Assembly: GCA_002898355.1 (NCBI GenBank)
Contig: BEHD01000004.1
Span: 46,540-70,539 of the forward strand
Length of the DNA: 24,000 bases
Source of the DNA: an archaeon HR01
Lineage (GTDB): Archaea > Thermoproteota > Nitrososphaeria_A > Caldarchaeales > Caldarchaeaceae
Direction: 5' to 3'
A program made the position numbers and the translations under genes. The notes below the pieces were generated by a model. It was given only the letters and a program-made list of their open reading frames with translations. It ran no database searches and was not told the origin of the DNA. Positions 1 to 7,422 of this stretch are shown here, piece by piece; the first letter of the stretch is position 1, and every line of letters starts with the position of its first letter.

Positions 1-287
1 CGGCCCCTGCCGATATAGCCGACCACGTAGCCCTCCATACCTTTGATAAACAGGGTGAGGGGTGCGAAGAATCCGTAGCCTAGAAGTATGTCGGCCAGGG
101 CTGAGCCTATACCGCCGGCCAGAAAACCAACCCGGGCCCCGAAGACCAGGCCAGCCAGCATAACCATCGCATCGCCGATGTTGAAAAAACCTCTGGTGGG
201 TGCGAAGGGAATAACTATGAGCATGGTGGTAGCGGCTGTCGCAGCGGCCATCACGGCTGTGACAGCAACCTCTCGGCTGTCGGGCAT
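1..287 (-). CDS. ECF-transporter S-component-like membrane protein, N-terminal part (gene continues past the window start)
   Basis: Absent from the ORF track because it runs off the window. Reverse-strand translation from the ATG (complement of 285-287) gives MPDSREVAVTAVMAAATAATTMLIVIPFAPTRGFFNIGDAMVMLAGLVFGARVGFLAGGIGSALADILLGYGFFAPLTLFIKGMEGYVVGYIGRG. It shows hydrophobic helices and the NxGD..G...G...GGxGSxLADxLxGY pattern I associate with ECF substrate-capture components. It also explains why the first ~84 codons of track ORF 88..1770 look like antisense low-complexity sequence. Confidence 0.6.
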   Translation of the reverse strand, partial: MPDSREVAVTAVMAAATAATTMLIVIPFAPTRGFFNIGDAMVMLAGLVFGARVGFLAGGIGSALADILLGYGFFAPLTLFIKGMEGYVVGYIGRG

Positions 288-308
288 GGTTCTCCGTCAT
301 CCATTTAG

Positions 309-318
309 AATATATAAG
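309..318. promoter_or_regulatory. Shared TATA-like box (AATATATAAG) of a divergent gene pair
   Basis: The TATATA core at 311-316 is centred at 313.5. That is exactly midway between the first base of the minus-strand ATG (287) and the plus-strand in-frame GTG (340), 26.5 nt each way, which is the usual archaeal TATA-to-TSS spacing. Confidence 0.5.
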
Positions 319-339
319 CTATTACCTACATATAGGTCC

Positions 340-1770
340 GTGCCATTCATATGCAGTAGATGTGGTAGGGTCTGGTGGGGAGGCCGATGGATATGCGGGA
401 TATGTGGAGGCATCATCATACACAGGCCTGAGATTAGACCCTCACGCTATGAAGAGCTGATAGACAGTAAGGCCGGCGGCATCTGGCGTTATGGCCTACT
501 GCTTCCGGAGATACCTCAGCCATGGCGTATAAGTCTGGGCGAGGGTGGGACAGCACTCCTCAAGGCGGGAAGGCTGAGCCTCCGGATGGGCATTAGGGAT
601 GTTTACCTGAAGAACGAGACAGCGAATCCTTCAGGCTCCTTCATAGATAGGGGTGTGGCGGCGGAGATCTCCTACGCAGGCTCCAGAGGCTACAAGAGAA
701 TCGCATGCTTTAGCCGGGGGAACCTAGGCGTCTCAGTAGCAGCATACGCTGCTAAGACAGGCTTCGAAGCGATGGTCTACGCACCACCCTCCATCGAGAG
801 GGGTAAGCTCTACCTACTGCTCGCATACGACGCCCACGTTTTCTTCACAGAAAGAATGAGGAGGGGGGAGGTGGAGAGGCTCAGGAGAGATGGATACTAC
901 ATAGTCGAGAGCACCAGCCCCTACTTCCTCTCAGGCCTCAAAACCCTCGCATATGAGTTGGCTCTCCAGACAGCCCCCCAATACGTCGTCTTCCCTGTGG
1001 GAGAGGGGGGAAACCTGTCGATGTTCTGGGAGGGGCTGAAAGACCTCCGGGATGCAGGGGTCTCAAACATGATGCCACGCCTAGTGGCTGTCCAGTCCGA
1101 GGGCTGCATGCCGATAGTCAAAGCCTACAATAGCGGCGGAAAACCTGTCTGGAAAGGGCCGATAAGGACCATATTCGCCGATATAGCTGTCCCCAACCCA
1201 CCCCTGGGAGAGCTGGCCCTCCAATCCCTGAAGGAGTCGAGGGGGTTGGCTGTAGCCGTCAGCGATAGAGAGATTCTGGAGGCCACGAGGGATTTGGCCA
1301 GGATGGAGGGGTTGCTGGCTGAGCCGGCGGCCGCATCCACTGTGGCTGCGCTCAAGAAGCTACGTGATGAGGGGCTGGTTGGCTCCGACGTATCTGTGGT
1401 CTGTGTGATTACTGGTACAGGGTTGAAGGAGCCCTACCTGGGTGGGCCGATAGGGAGGGCTGCCAGAAGCATAGCCGCACGGGCTAGAGCATCATCCAGG
1501 ATAGGGGTGACCAAGTCGCGGATACTAGAAATCCTCGGCGAGAGAAGCCTGCACGGATATGGGATAAGAAAGGCTCTAGCATCCAAGTACGGCATCAAGA
1601 TTTCGACAGCCTCAACATATCAACATCTAGCCGAGCTTGCCGATGCCGGACTAGTCACCTACATACCAGTCAAACATAACGGCAGGATGCGGATAATTTA
1701 TGAGCTGACATCTTCCGGGAGACAGATACTCCAGCACCCGGTAGGAAATCCAAGCCGACACACCGTGTAG
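340..1770 (+). CDS. Threonine-synthase-like (fold-type II PLP) protein with N-terminal zinc ribbon, Ile at the catalytic Lys position, and C-terminal PadR-type wHTH
   Basis: Track ORF 88..1770 trimmed to the in-frame GTG at 340 (alternative ATG at 286), because 88-287 is antisense to the S-component gene and the TATA box lies at 309-318. Motifs: CSRCG..CGICGG, ETANPSGSFIDRG (canonical is GSFKDRG; codon 643-645 is ATA), GNLGVSVAAYAAKTG, GEGGNLSMFWEG, VCVITGTGLKEP. The C-terminus reads SRILEILGERSLHGYGIRKAL...YQHLAELADAGLVTY...GRMRIIYELTSSGRQIL, a PadR-like pattern. Confidence 0.8.
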   Translation: MPFICSRCGRVWWGGRWICGICGGIIIHRPEIRPSRYEELIDSKAGGIWRYGLLLPEIPQPWRISLGEGGTALLKAGRLSLRMGIRDVYLKNETANPSGSFIDRGVAAEISYAGSRGYKRIACFSRGNLGVSVAAYAAKTGFEAMVYAPPSIERGKLYLLLAYDAHVFFTERMRRGEVERLRRDGYYIVESTSPYFLSGLKTLAYELALQTAPQYVVFPVGEGGNLSMFWEGLKDLRDAGVSNMMPRLVAVQSEGCMPIVKAYNSGGKPVWKGPIRTIFADIAVPNPPLGELALQSLKESRGLAVAVSDREILEATRDLARMEGLLAEPAAASTVAALKKLRDEGLVGSDVSVVCVITGTGLKEPYLGGPIGRAARSIAARARASSRIGVTKSRILEILGERSLHGYGIRKALASKYGIKISTASTYQHLAELADAGLVTYIPVKHNGRMRIIYELTSSGRQILQHPVGNPSRHTV

Positions 1771-1870
1771 CAGGAGGTAAGACCTTTCAGCATGTTTCTA
1801 CCTTTTCGAGGATGCTATGCATCCGAACACAGCCATCAAGACAGGCGGCTCTACAGCAGTATTGAAAGCT

Positions 1871-1878
1871 TATATAAA
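1871..1878 (+). promoter_or_regulatory. TATA-like box (TATATAAA) for the racemase gene
   Basis: Centred about 24 nt upstream of the ATG at 1899. This supports 1899 rather than the track's GTG at 1881 as the start (leaderless). Confidence 0.5.
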
Positions 1879-1898
1879 TCGTGAGGAGTGAGGCGTTT

Positions 1899-2636
1899 AT
1901 GCGCATCAAGATTATCAACCCCAACACAACAGAGAGCATGACAGAAGCTATTAGAGAGAAGGCCCTGAGATATGCGAGGCCGGGAACGGAGATAGTGGCC
2001 GTCAACCCATCCACAGGCCCCGCATCAATAGAGAGCTACTATGACGAAGCTCTTGCCACCATAGGGGTGCTGGAGGAGGTTAGGAGGGGTGAGGCTGAGG
2101 GCTTTGACGGATATGCAATAGCATGCTACGGAGACCCGGGGCTTTATGCCGCCCGTGAAGTGGCTAGAGCACCTGTTGTCGGAATAGGCGAGACATCGAT
2201 GCTCATGGCATGCACCCTCGGCTACAAATTCTCCATAATAACGATATTGGATAGATTCATCGGCCCCGTGGATGAGATGGTGAAGAGATATGGTCTCACA
2301 GAGAGATGCGCATCCATACGGGTCATTAACACCCATGTCCTTGACATAGAGAAGGGTGGTGAGAAGATTACAAGGCTGATGATTGAGGAGGGCAGAAAAG
2401 CTGTAGCCGAGGACAGGGCCGAGGTACTGCTCCTCGGATGTGCCGGCATGGCCGGGCTTGAGGAGTCGATGGAAGAGGCTCTAGGCGTCCCAGTGATAGA
2501 CGGGATAGTGGCTGCGGTCAAGATGCTGGAGGGGCTTGTGGACTATGGGAAGAAAACCAGCAAGATACATACCTTCAGATATCCTGAGAAGAAAGTGGTT
2601 CGTGGTTTTCCCACTCTGCACGGTTTGACGCGTTAG
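1899..2636 (+). CDS. Asp/Glu/hydantoin racemase family protein (HyuE-like)
   Basis: MRIKIINPNTTESMTE start typical of the family. Both catalytic-Cys contexts are present (AIACYGDPGL and LLLGCAGMAG). Start moved to the ATG at 1899 on TATA spacing. Confidence 0.85.
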   Translation: MRIKIINPNTTESMTEAIREKALRYARPGTEIVAVNPSTGPASIESYYDEALATIGVLEEVRRGEAEGFDGYAIACYGDPGLYAAREVARAPVVGIGETSMLMACTLGYKFSIITILDRFIGPVDEMVKRYGLTERCASIRVINTHVLDIEKGGEKITRLMIEEGRKAVAEDRAEVLLLGCAGMAGLEESMEEALGVPVIDGIVAAVKMLEGLVDYGKKTSKIHTFRYPEKKVVRGFPTLHGLTR

Positions 2637-2726
2637 ACAACTGCCAGCCGGGGAGGGGAATTGCACCCCTGTAGAGCAGGTCTGCAGCCTGCCGCCTAGC
2701 TGCTCGGCCACCCCGGCTACCTATTT

Positions 2727-2960
2727 CTATTGGCTGGTGGTTTTTGAGTTTATGGGTTCGGCCGGCCTGGTGGCTAGAAATACGTATCCTATGAAGCCCA
2801 CCACGAAGAAGAAGAAGAGGGTGATGAGGAGTATGGGGATTTTTACGGCCAGCTGGGGGTCCAGCCACGTTATGAGGCCTAGGAACCATAGGGTGTAGAG
2901 TATGGAGCCTAGGATGCTGAGGGCTATCAGGGCTCCGCCCAGTATCTTCGCCGCAGCCAC
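2727..2960 (-). CDS. Small two-helix membrane protein, hypothetical
   Basis: 77-aa ORF with a GTG start, two strongly hydrophobic segments and a polar tail. An A/T box (TTAAATT on the minus strand, ~2984-2990) lies ~27 nt upstream. No family recognised. Confidence 0.45.
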   Translation of the reverse strand: MAAAKILGGALIALSILGSILYTLWFLGLITWLDPQLAVKIPILLITLFFFFVVGFIGYVFLATRPAEPINSKTTSQ

Positions 2961-2986
2961 GGCCTCTCAGGTTTTACGGCCTGAAT

Positions 2987-2998
2987 TTAACGTGTTAA
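2987..2998. promoter_or_regulatory. Palindrome TTAACgtGTTAA in the divergent promoter region between 2960 and 3040
   Basis: TTAAC and GTTAA are exact reverse complements separated by 2 nt. The palindrome overlaps the A/T-rich box of the divergent pair, so it is a candidate operator for the adjacent wHTH protein. Confidence 0.3.
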
Positions 2999-3039
2999 TC
3001 CCGGTCCAGGCCGGGGTTTTGCATGGTATGGTGTGATGT

Positions 3040-3522
3040 ATGCTTGGTTGGAAAATGGTTATACGTGGGGTGTTTTGGGTTTTTGGTGGCTTGACTGGTT
3101 CTAGCAGGCGTGTGGAGCTGGAGCTGAGGGGTAGGAGTCTGGAGGTTTTCCTCTATCTGGTGCGGAAGGGTGGGCCTGCGGGTGTTAGGGAGGTTCAGAG
3201 GGCCCTAAGCCTCTCCAGCCCCAGCGTCGCCCTCCACCATCTGGAGAAGCTTCACAGCCTTGGCGTTGTGAGAAAGGATGAGACAGGGGCATACCAAGCC
3301 GTTGAGAACGTGGACATCTCCGTCCTCCAGGCCTTTGTCAGGGTTGGGAGGCTTCTCCTCCCGAGGATGATGTTCTACGCAGCCTTCTTCACCACCTTCA
3401 CATCCCTGTATCTGGTCTTCGAGATTGGGCGTCTCAACCCCTACGCCATATCCCTCGGGGTTGCCGCATCGGCTTTCACATGGTTTGAGGCTGTTAGGGC
3501 TTGGAGGAGGAGGCCTTGGTAG
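3040..3522 (+). CDS. Membrane-anchored winged-helix transcriptional regulator (N-terminal wHTH plus 2 C-terminal TM helices)
   Basis: LRGRSLEVFLYLVRKGGPAGVREVQRALSLSSPSVALHHLEKLHSLGVVRKDETGAY is a classic ArsR/MarR-like wHTH. It is followed by two hydrophobic helices (MMFYAAFFTTFTSLYLVF and AISLGVAASAFTWF). Start uncertain: 3040, 3055, GTG 3070 or TTG 3091 are all in frame. Confidence 0.65.
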   Translation: MLGWKMVIRGVFWVFGGLTGSSRRVELELRGRSLEVFLYLVRKGGPAGVREVQRALSLSSPSVALHHLEKLHSLGVVRKDETGAYQAVENVDISVLQAFVRVGRLLLPRMMFYAAFFTTFTSLYLVFEIGRLNPYAISLGVAASAFTWFEAVRAWRRRPW

Positions 3523-3556
3523 CTGTTCTAGTTTGTGGATTTATGAGCTGGGGTGG

Positions 3557-3859
3557 ATGCTGTTGGATGGGATGAAGAGCCTCGCAATACCTCTCCTGCT
3601 GGGCGTGCTGCTGGCGGCGGCCCTATTCCAGATAATACCTAGGCCGGAGGAGCAGGCCTTCCAGCCGGCGGCGGAGCATCCCATGAAACAGTTTTCAACC
3701 ATAACCGTGACTGAGATGGCTGAGATGGCACCAGCCTACATGACTGGTGAGAAGGCTGAGATGGTCCCTACCTACGGAGGGTATGGGTTTCCGGTGGTGG
3801 CGGGTCTGTCGGCCGTTGTGGCCGTCGCAGCCTATCTCCTTTCAAGGCGGATGGTTTAG
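3557..3859 (+). CDS. Small secreted/membrane-anchored protein, hypothetical
   Basis: Track ORF 3425..3859 overlaps the previous gene, so it is trimmed to the in-frame ATG at 3557 (or 3572). It has an N-terminal signal/TM segment (MKSLAIPLLLGVLLAAALF), an internal AEM(A/V)P(A/T)Y repeat, and a C-terminal GYGF + hydrophobic helix + SRR tail. Confidence 0.45.
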   Translation: MLLDGMKSLAIPLLLGVLLAAALFQIIPRPEEQAFQPAAEHPMKQFSTITVTEMAEMAPAYMTGEKAEMVPTYGGYGFPVVAGLSAVVAVAAYLLSRRMV

Positions 3860-5586
3860 GCTGCCGGAGCCTTCATCTCCTTATAGCGCATCCTCAGCTG
3901 GGAGAAATCGGAGTTCATCCTCTTGATGGAGGTGTATGTTTTCGCCCTGTCTATGGCTTTTTCGTACTCCCTACCCCTTCTCTTGAGATACTTCTCTATA
4001 CGGTCCAGCCAGAACCTTGCGCCGTAGGTTAGGAGGGATGTGGTGAGGAGTCTCATCAGGAGGTTGTCTCTCCCTATCCTCCACGCCACGGCCTCAGCCA
4101 TCCTCTTGGTGTTTCTCCAGCAGACGTATATGAGGGCGGCCTGCGCTGGTGTCAGCTGGCCGTAGACATCTGTCAGGACGTTGGTCCCCCTTAGAGCTCC
4201 AAGGTTTACGAGGCTCATGGGCGTGACTGTGAAGAGGAGGTTCTCATACATCATGTAGTTTATCAGCCCTATCGTATCCCAGCTATCCTCCTCGGTCTCG
4301 CCCTCCTGCCCCAGTATTATCGTGTATGCCGGTATCCAGTAGGCGGCGTTATAGACACGCTGGGCCTCCACCACTATCTCGGACCATGTCCCATCCACAC
4401 CCACCTTCAACGGCTTAGCCTTATTCACCATATGCTTGAGGACCAGTCTGTCGCTACCGGTCTCCAGCCCTATCTGGACACCTATATGCCTTCCCGGCCC
4501 CGCCCCAACTATCTTTGCAACGCCCATGGCTGCCTCAGGGTCTGCGGCCACGGGTGCAAGGGTTGCATGCATGGGGTTGGCGTGGGCTACACCGTCAAGC
4601 CCCAAGACTGTTCGGTAGAGCCTGAATATCTCCTCCTTATTGGGCCAGAAGTTGGGGTCCTTCACCATGTATGCCCACTGGTTATCCGTTACAAACCATG
4701 CGTTGCTGATGCCGGCCCTCCTGTTAACCATCACCTCCTCGGCCACCTTCTCAGGCGGGTAGTATCTAAGCGGCCTGGTGGTTACCTCGCAGAAGTCGCA
4801 GTCTATTCCGCAGCCCCTCATTATCTCCGCCTGCCCGCTTATGGCCGGGTTGACTATCGTCGGTATATCGGATATCTTCGGTAGCCTATACTTGGATGCT
4901 GGGTTTCTGCATATAAAACGTCCTCCGCCGTCCTTCATGTATCTTATGAAGGGTCGGCCGTATGAGTCGAACTGTGTGGACTTGTAGCCATGCATAAACA
5001 TGGTCTTGTCGATATCCCCCTCTATCAGCTGCTCGAAGAGTAGGTGTATGATGTCGTCCATCTCACCCTGCACAACATAGTCTATCTCTAACCTCTCAAT
5101 CATCCAAGGCCTGTGCTCAAACTCCCACTCGCCAGACCCACCCAGCAAAACCTTGGCCCTGGAGCCTGAGTTCTTCTTAGCTACGGCGATACTCCTCATC
5201 AGCCCTTCGAACTCCTCCGTCACCCATGACTTCTCCCTCCCCGCGTTGTTGAACATTAGGGTTAGAGGCCCAAGCCCGAGGGGGTCCATCGTGTTGACGC
5301 CGATTATCTTGGTGTCCGACTTGATGAAATGGTGGACGAAGCGTGGATGGGCCACAACAACCTTAAGCTTAGATTTCTTCACCAGGCAGGCCTCTATCTT
5401 TCTGATGGCGTAGGGAGCTAGGACCGCCCTCCCATACTCATCGTAGGGTGCGTCCGGCAGGGAGAGGTATCGGTAGATGGGGCCTGGGACATACCGCACA
5501 GGCGCGCATGGGAGAAAGCTGAGTAGGGGGAAGTTATGAAAAAGATGGCCGAGTGATGGGTCGAAAGTGAGTACTACCTCAGTCAT
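3856..5586 (-). CDS. Radical SAM protein with N-terminal B12-binding-like (Rossmann-type) domain, COG1032-like
   Basis: CxxxCxxC cluster motif in AEIMRGCGIDCDFCEVT. The N-terminal KVVVAHP...IIGVNTMDPLGLGP region resembles the cobalamin-binding-like domain of class B rSAMs. Only 8 Cys in total, so probably a single Fe-S cluster. A TATA-like box (TTAAATAT on the minus strand, ~5613-5621) lies ~30 nt upstream of 5586. Confidence 0.8.
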   Translation of the reverse strand: MTEVVLTFDPSLGHLFHNFPLLSFLPCAPVRYVPGPIYRYLSLPDAPYDEYGRAVLAPYAIRKIEACLVKKSKLKVVVAHPRFVHHFIKSDTKIIGVNTMDPLGLGPLTLMFNNAGREKSWVTEEFEGLMRSIAVAKKNSGSRAKVLLGGSGEWEFEHRPWMIERLEIDYVVQGEMDDIIHLLFEQLIEGDIDKTMFMHGYKSTQFDSYGRPFIRYMKDGGGRFICRNPASKYRLPKISDIPTIVNPAISGQAEIMRGCGIDCDFCEVTTRPLRYYPPEKVAEEVMVNRRAGISNAWFVTDNQWAYMVKDPNFWPNKEEIFRLYRTVLGLDGVAHANPMHATLAPVAADPEAAMGVAKIVGAGPGRHIGVQIGLETGSDRLVLKHMVNKAKPLKVGVDGTWSEIVVEAQRVYNAAYWIPAYTIILGQEGETEEDSWDTIGLINYMMYENLLFTVTPMSLVNLGALRGTNVLTDVYGQLTPAQAALIYVCWRNTKRMAEAVAWRIGRDNLLMRLLTTSLLTYGARFWLDRIEKYLKRRGREYEKAIDRAKTYTSIKRMNSDFSQLRMRYKEMKAPAA

Positions 5587-5683
5587 CTATTTAGCATGGC
5601 ATATGAGGCCGATATTTAAGCAATATCACCCTAAAAACATGAGGTCAAAGAGTATTTTTTAGAAGGATAGCTGAGGCTCACCC

Positions 5684-6625
5684 ATGGCCGGCATCTCAAA
5701 ACTTCTCCAGAACCCGCCTATGTTCTACAAGTCGCTGGAAAGCGATGACCGGATAAGGCGTGGCATACTAGTCCTGGCCCTGGCTACATCCTCATCAATA
5801 ATTCTCTCACTGATATACTACCAGGTGAAAACCGTCTACGAGATCTTCCTCCCCTCACCAATCTCTCTAGATCTCAACGTGCTGCATACAGACTTTCTCA
5901 TCATGTCAAACCTAACCGCCATATTCATCACATCGGTCGTTCTCATCGGCGTAGGCCGGCTGGCGGCGAAGATTGTAAGGGGTAAGGATGTAAGCTTGAA
6001 GGCTTTCGTCAGCGCCATCTTCCACAGCTTCTTCTTGCTATTCATTCTAAACGTCGTCTCAGCCCCCCTAATACTGGCGGCCCCCTCGGAAAAGGTCTAC
6101 GTTATCGGAGCCGAGCTGGAGAACGTAGTCTTCTTCAACATAACCCTGACGGGATATACCCCGTCGGGCGAGATGGTCAACATAACCCGAGACGTTTTAA
6201 CAGTCTCAAGACTGGACGTGGAGAGAGCAGCAACGGACGGCACGAGAATCAGCTCATCACTTGTGGACAGGAAAAGGTTCGAGGAGATTATTCAGGGGTC
6301 GGCATCCAACATAACCATGACCGGTGTCTCAGGTGCAGAGACAGAGCTGGACCATGTGAGGGTCGTCACCCTAGCCTTCGACGACTACGTGGCCAGGAGG
6401 ACCGTCCTGAGCGACATACTTGTGGTAAGCGAGGGTGTTGACCTACCCTATCTGGCAACCCTCCCAGGCATAAACACGGTCCGAAACATAGTTTGGAGGG
6501 TGATGCTTGTTCTTGGCCTCTACTGGTCCCTCAGGGCCTTACATCTGATCTCCCGTAAAGTCAGCATCCCCGTCGCTATACTGTCCTATCTTATCCTGGC
6601 GAACTTTGTCCCCGCACCATTCTAA
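5684..6625 (+). CDS. Multi-pass membrane protein, Yip1-domain-like
   Basis: 313-aa ORF. The N-terminus (LLQNPPMFYKSLE...RRGILVLALA) resembles Yip1/DUF1282 starts. It has several TM helices and a ~130-aa loop with NxT/S sequons (NITL, NITR, NITM). An A/T box at ~5652-5662 lies ~26 nt upstream of the ATG. Confidence 0.5.
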   Translation: MAGISKLLQNPPMFYKSLESDDRIRRGILVLALATSSSIILSLIYYQVKTVYEIFLPSPISLDLNVLHTDFLIMSNLTAIFITSVVLIGVGRLAAKIVRGKDVSLKAFVSAIFHSFFLLFILNVVSAPLILAAPSEKVYVIGAELENVVFFNITLTGYTPSGEMVNITRDVLTVSRLDVERAATDGTRISSSLVDRKRFEEIIQGSASNITMTGVSGAETELDHVRVVTLAFDDYVARRTVLSDILVVSEGVDLPYLATLPGINTVRNIVWRVMLVLGLYWSLRALHLISRKVSIPVAILSYLILANFVPAPF

Positions 6626-7344
6626 TGGTCCCTAGACAGTATACGCCCCTCCGCATCAATCTCTCCCCGGAGAATCCTTGAGGTGGAGACCGGCTGTCCG
6701 TCGGCGGCGAGGACCAAAGGTGTAACAATAACCTTCAAAGGCTTAAGCATCCTTTCAACCCTTCTAGAGTTTATCTCGAACGCCCTCTGCTGGGTTGTAG
6801 GGCTTACCACAAGAAGCTCTATGGACGGGTCTTCAACAGTGGGGCCGTAGGGGTCTTCCAGCCTCACTATCCTACATCTTCCAAGCCAGCCATGCTGGGC
6901 CAGGATTTTCTTCAGGGATTCCTCCCTCTCATGATACATCCTCACCCTGTGGCTCTTCCCCAGCTTAGCCACCAACTCATCGCCTGCAAGACCTATCACA
7001 ACATTTTCGGCGTTTCTAAAGGCGGTCAGCATCAACATCAGATGTCCTACATGAATCACCTCAAAGGTTCCGCCTATGGCAGCCAGTAGAAACCTTTTAG
7101 TCGGCTCCTCAGCTTTCGAGAGCTCCTCCAAAACCTCCTCACCGGTCATCCTTACCTCGCTCAGGATAACCATAGCCTCCCCGAGGGGGATGGACAGCTT
7201 CAGACTCAGCTCTTCAGGGCTTATCGAGGGGTTCTCTGGAAGGATTCTATCCCTAACAAAGGCTTTATGGGCATGATATAGGGGGAGAGCCTTAACAGTC
7301 TCCACAAGGATACCCCAGTCCAGCGTCTTCCCCACCCTGGACAT
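6622..7344 (-). CDS. Archaeal-type phosphopantetheine adenylyltransferase (cytidylyltransferase-like fold) with ~85-aa N-terminal HTH-like extension
   Basis: GGTFEVIHVGH (the HxGH nucleotidyltransferase motif) and the C-terminal STSRILRGEID (ISSTxIR-like) motif. Start moved from the track's TTG at 7365 to the ATG at 7344, because an A/T box (ATAATATT on the minus strand, ~7373-7380) sits ~30 nt upstream of 7344. Confidence 0.8.
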   Translation of the reverse strand: MSRVGKTLDWGILVETVKALPLYHAHKAFVRDRILPENPSISPEELSLKLSIPLGEAMVILSEVRMTGEEVLEELSKAEEPTKRFLLAAIGGTFEVIHVGHLMLMLTAFRNAENVVIGLAGDELVAKLGKSHRVRMYHEREESLKKILAQHGWLGRCRIVRLEDPYGPTVEDPSIELLVVSPTTQQRAFEINSRRVERMLKPLKVIVTPLVLAADGQPVSTSRILRGEIDAEGRILSRDH

Positions 7345-7422
7345 AACTCTCCGGATAGAAAGCAACAGCTTGAATATTATGTTGAGACGGGAAAGCTTAT
7401 AATACGAGAATATGCGGTAGAG

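Noticed and set aside
88-339. N-terminal 84 codons of track ORF 88..1770 (MSARAEPIPPARKPTRAPKTRP...)
   Set aside because: This low-complexity Ala/Pro/Arg sequence is the mirror image of a convincing minus-strand membrane-protein gene (1-287). A TATA box lies at 309-318 inside the putative extension. The ThrC zinc ribbon starts right after GTG 340.
3856-5586. Identification of the radical SAM protein as tetraether lipid synthase (Tes / GDGT-MAS)
   Set aside because: GDGT-MAS-type enzymes are reported to carry several additional Fe-S or rubredoxin-like sites that need many Cys. This protein has only about 8 Cys, and only one clustered motif (CGIDCDFC). The CDP-alcohol transferase 5 kb away is not linked to it.
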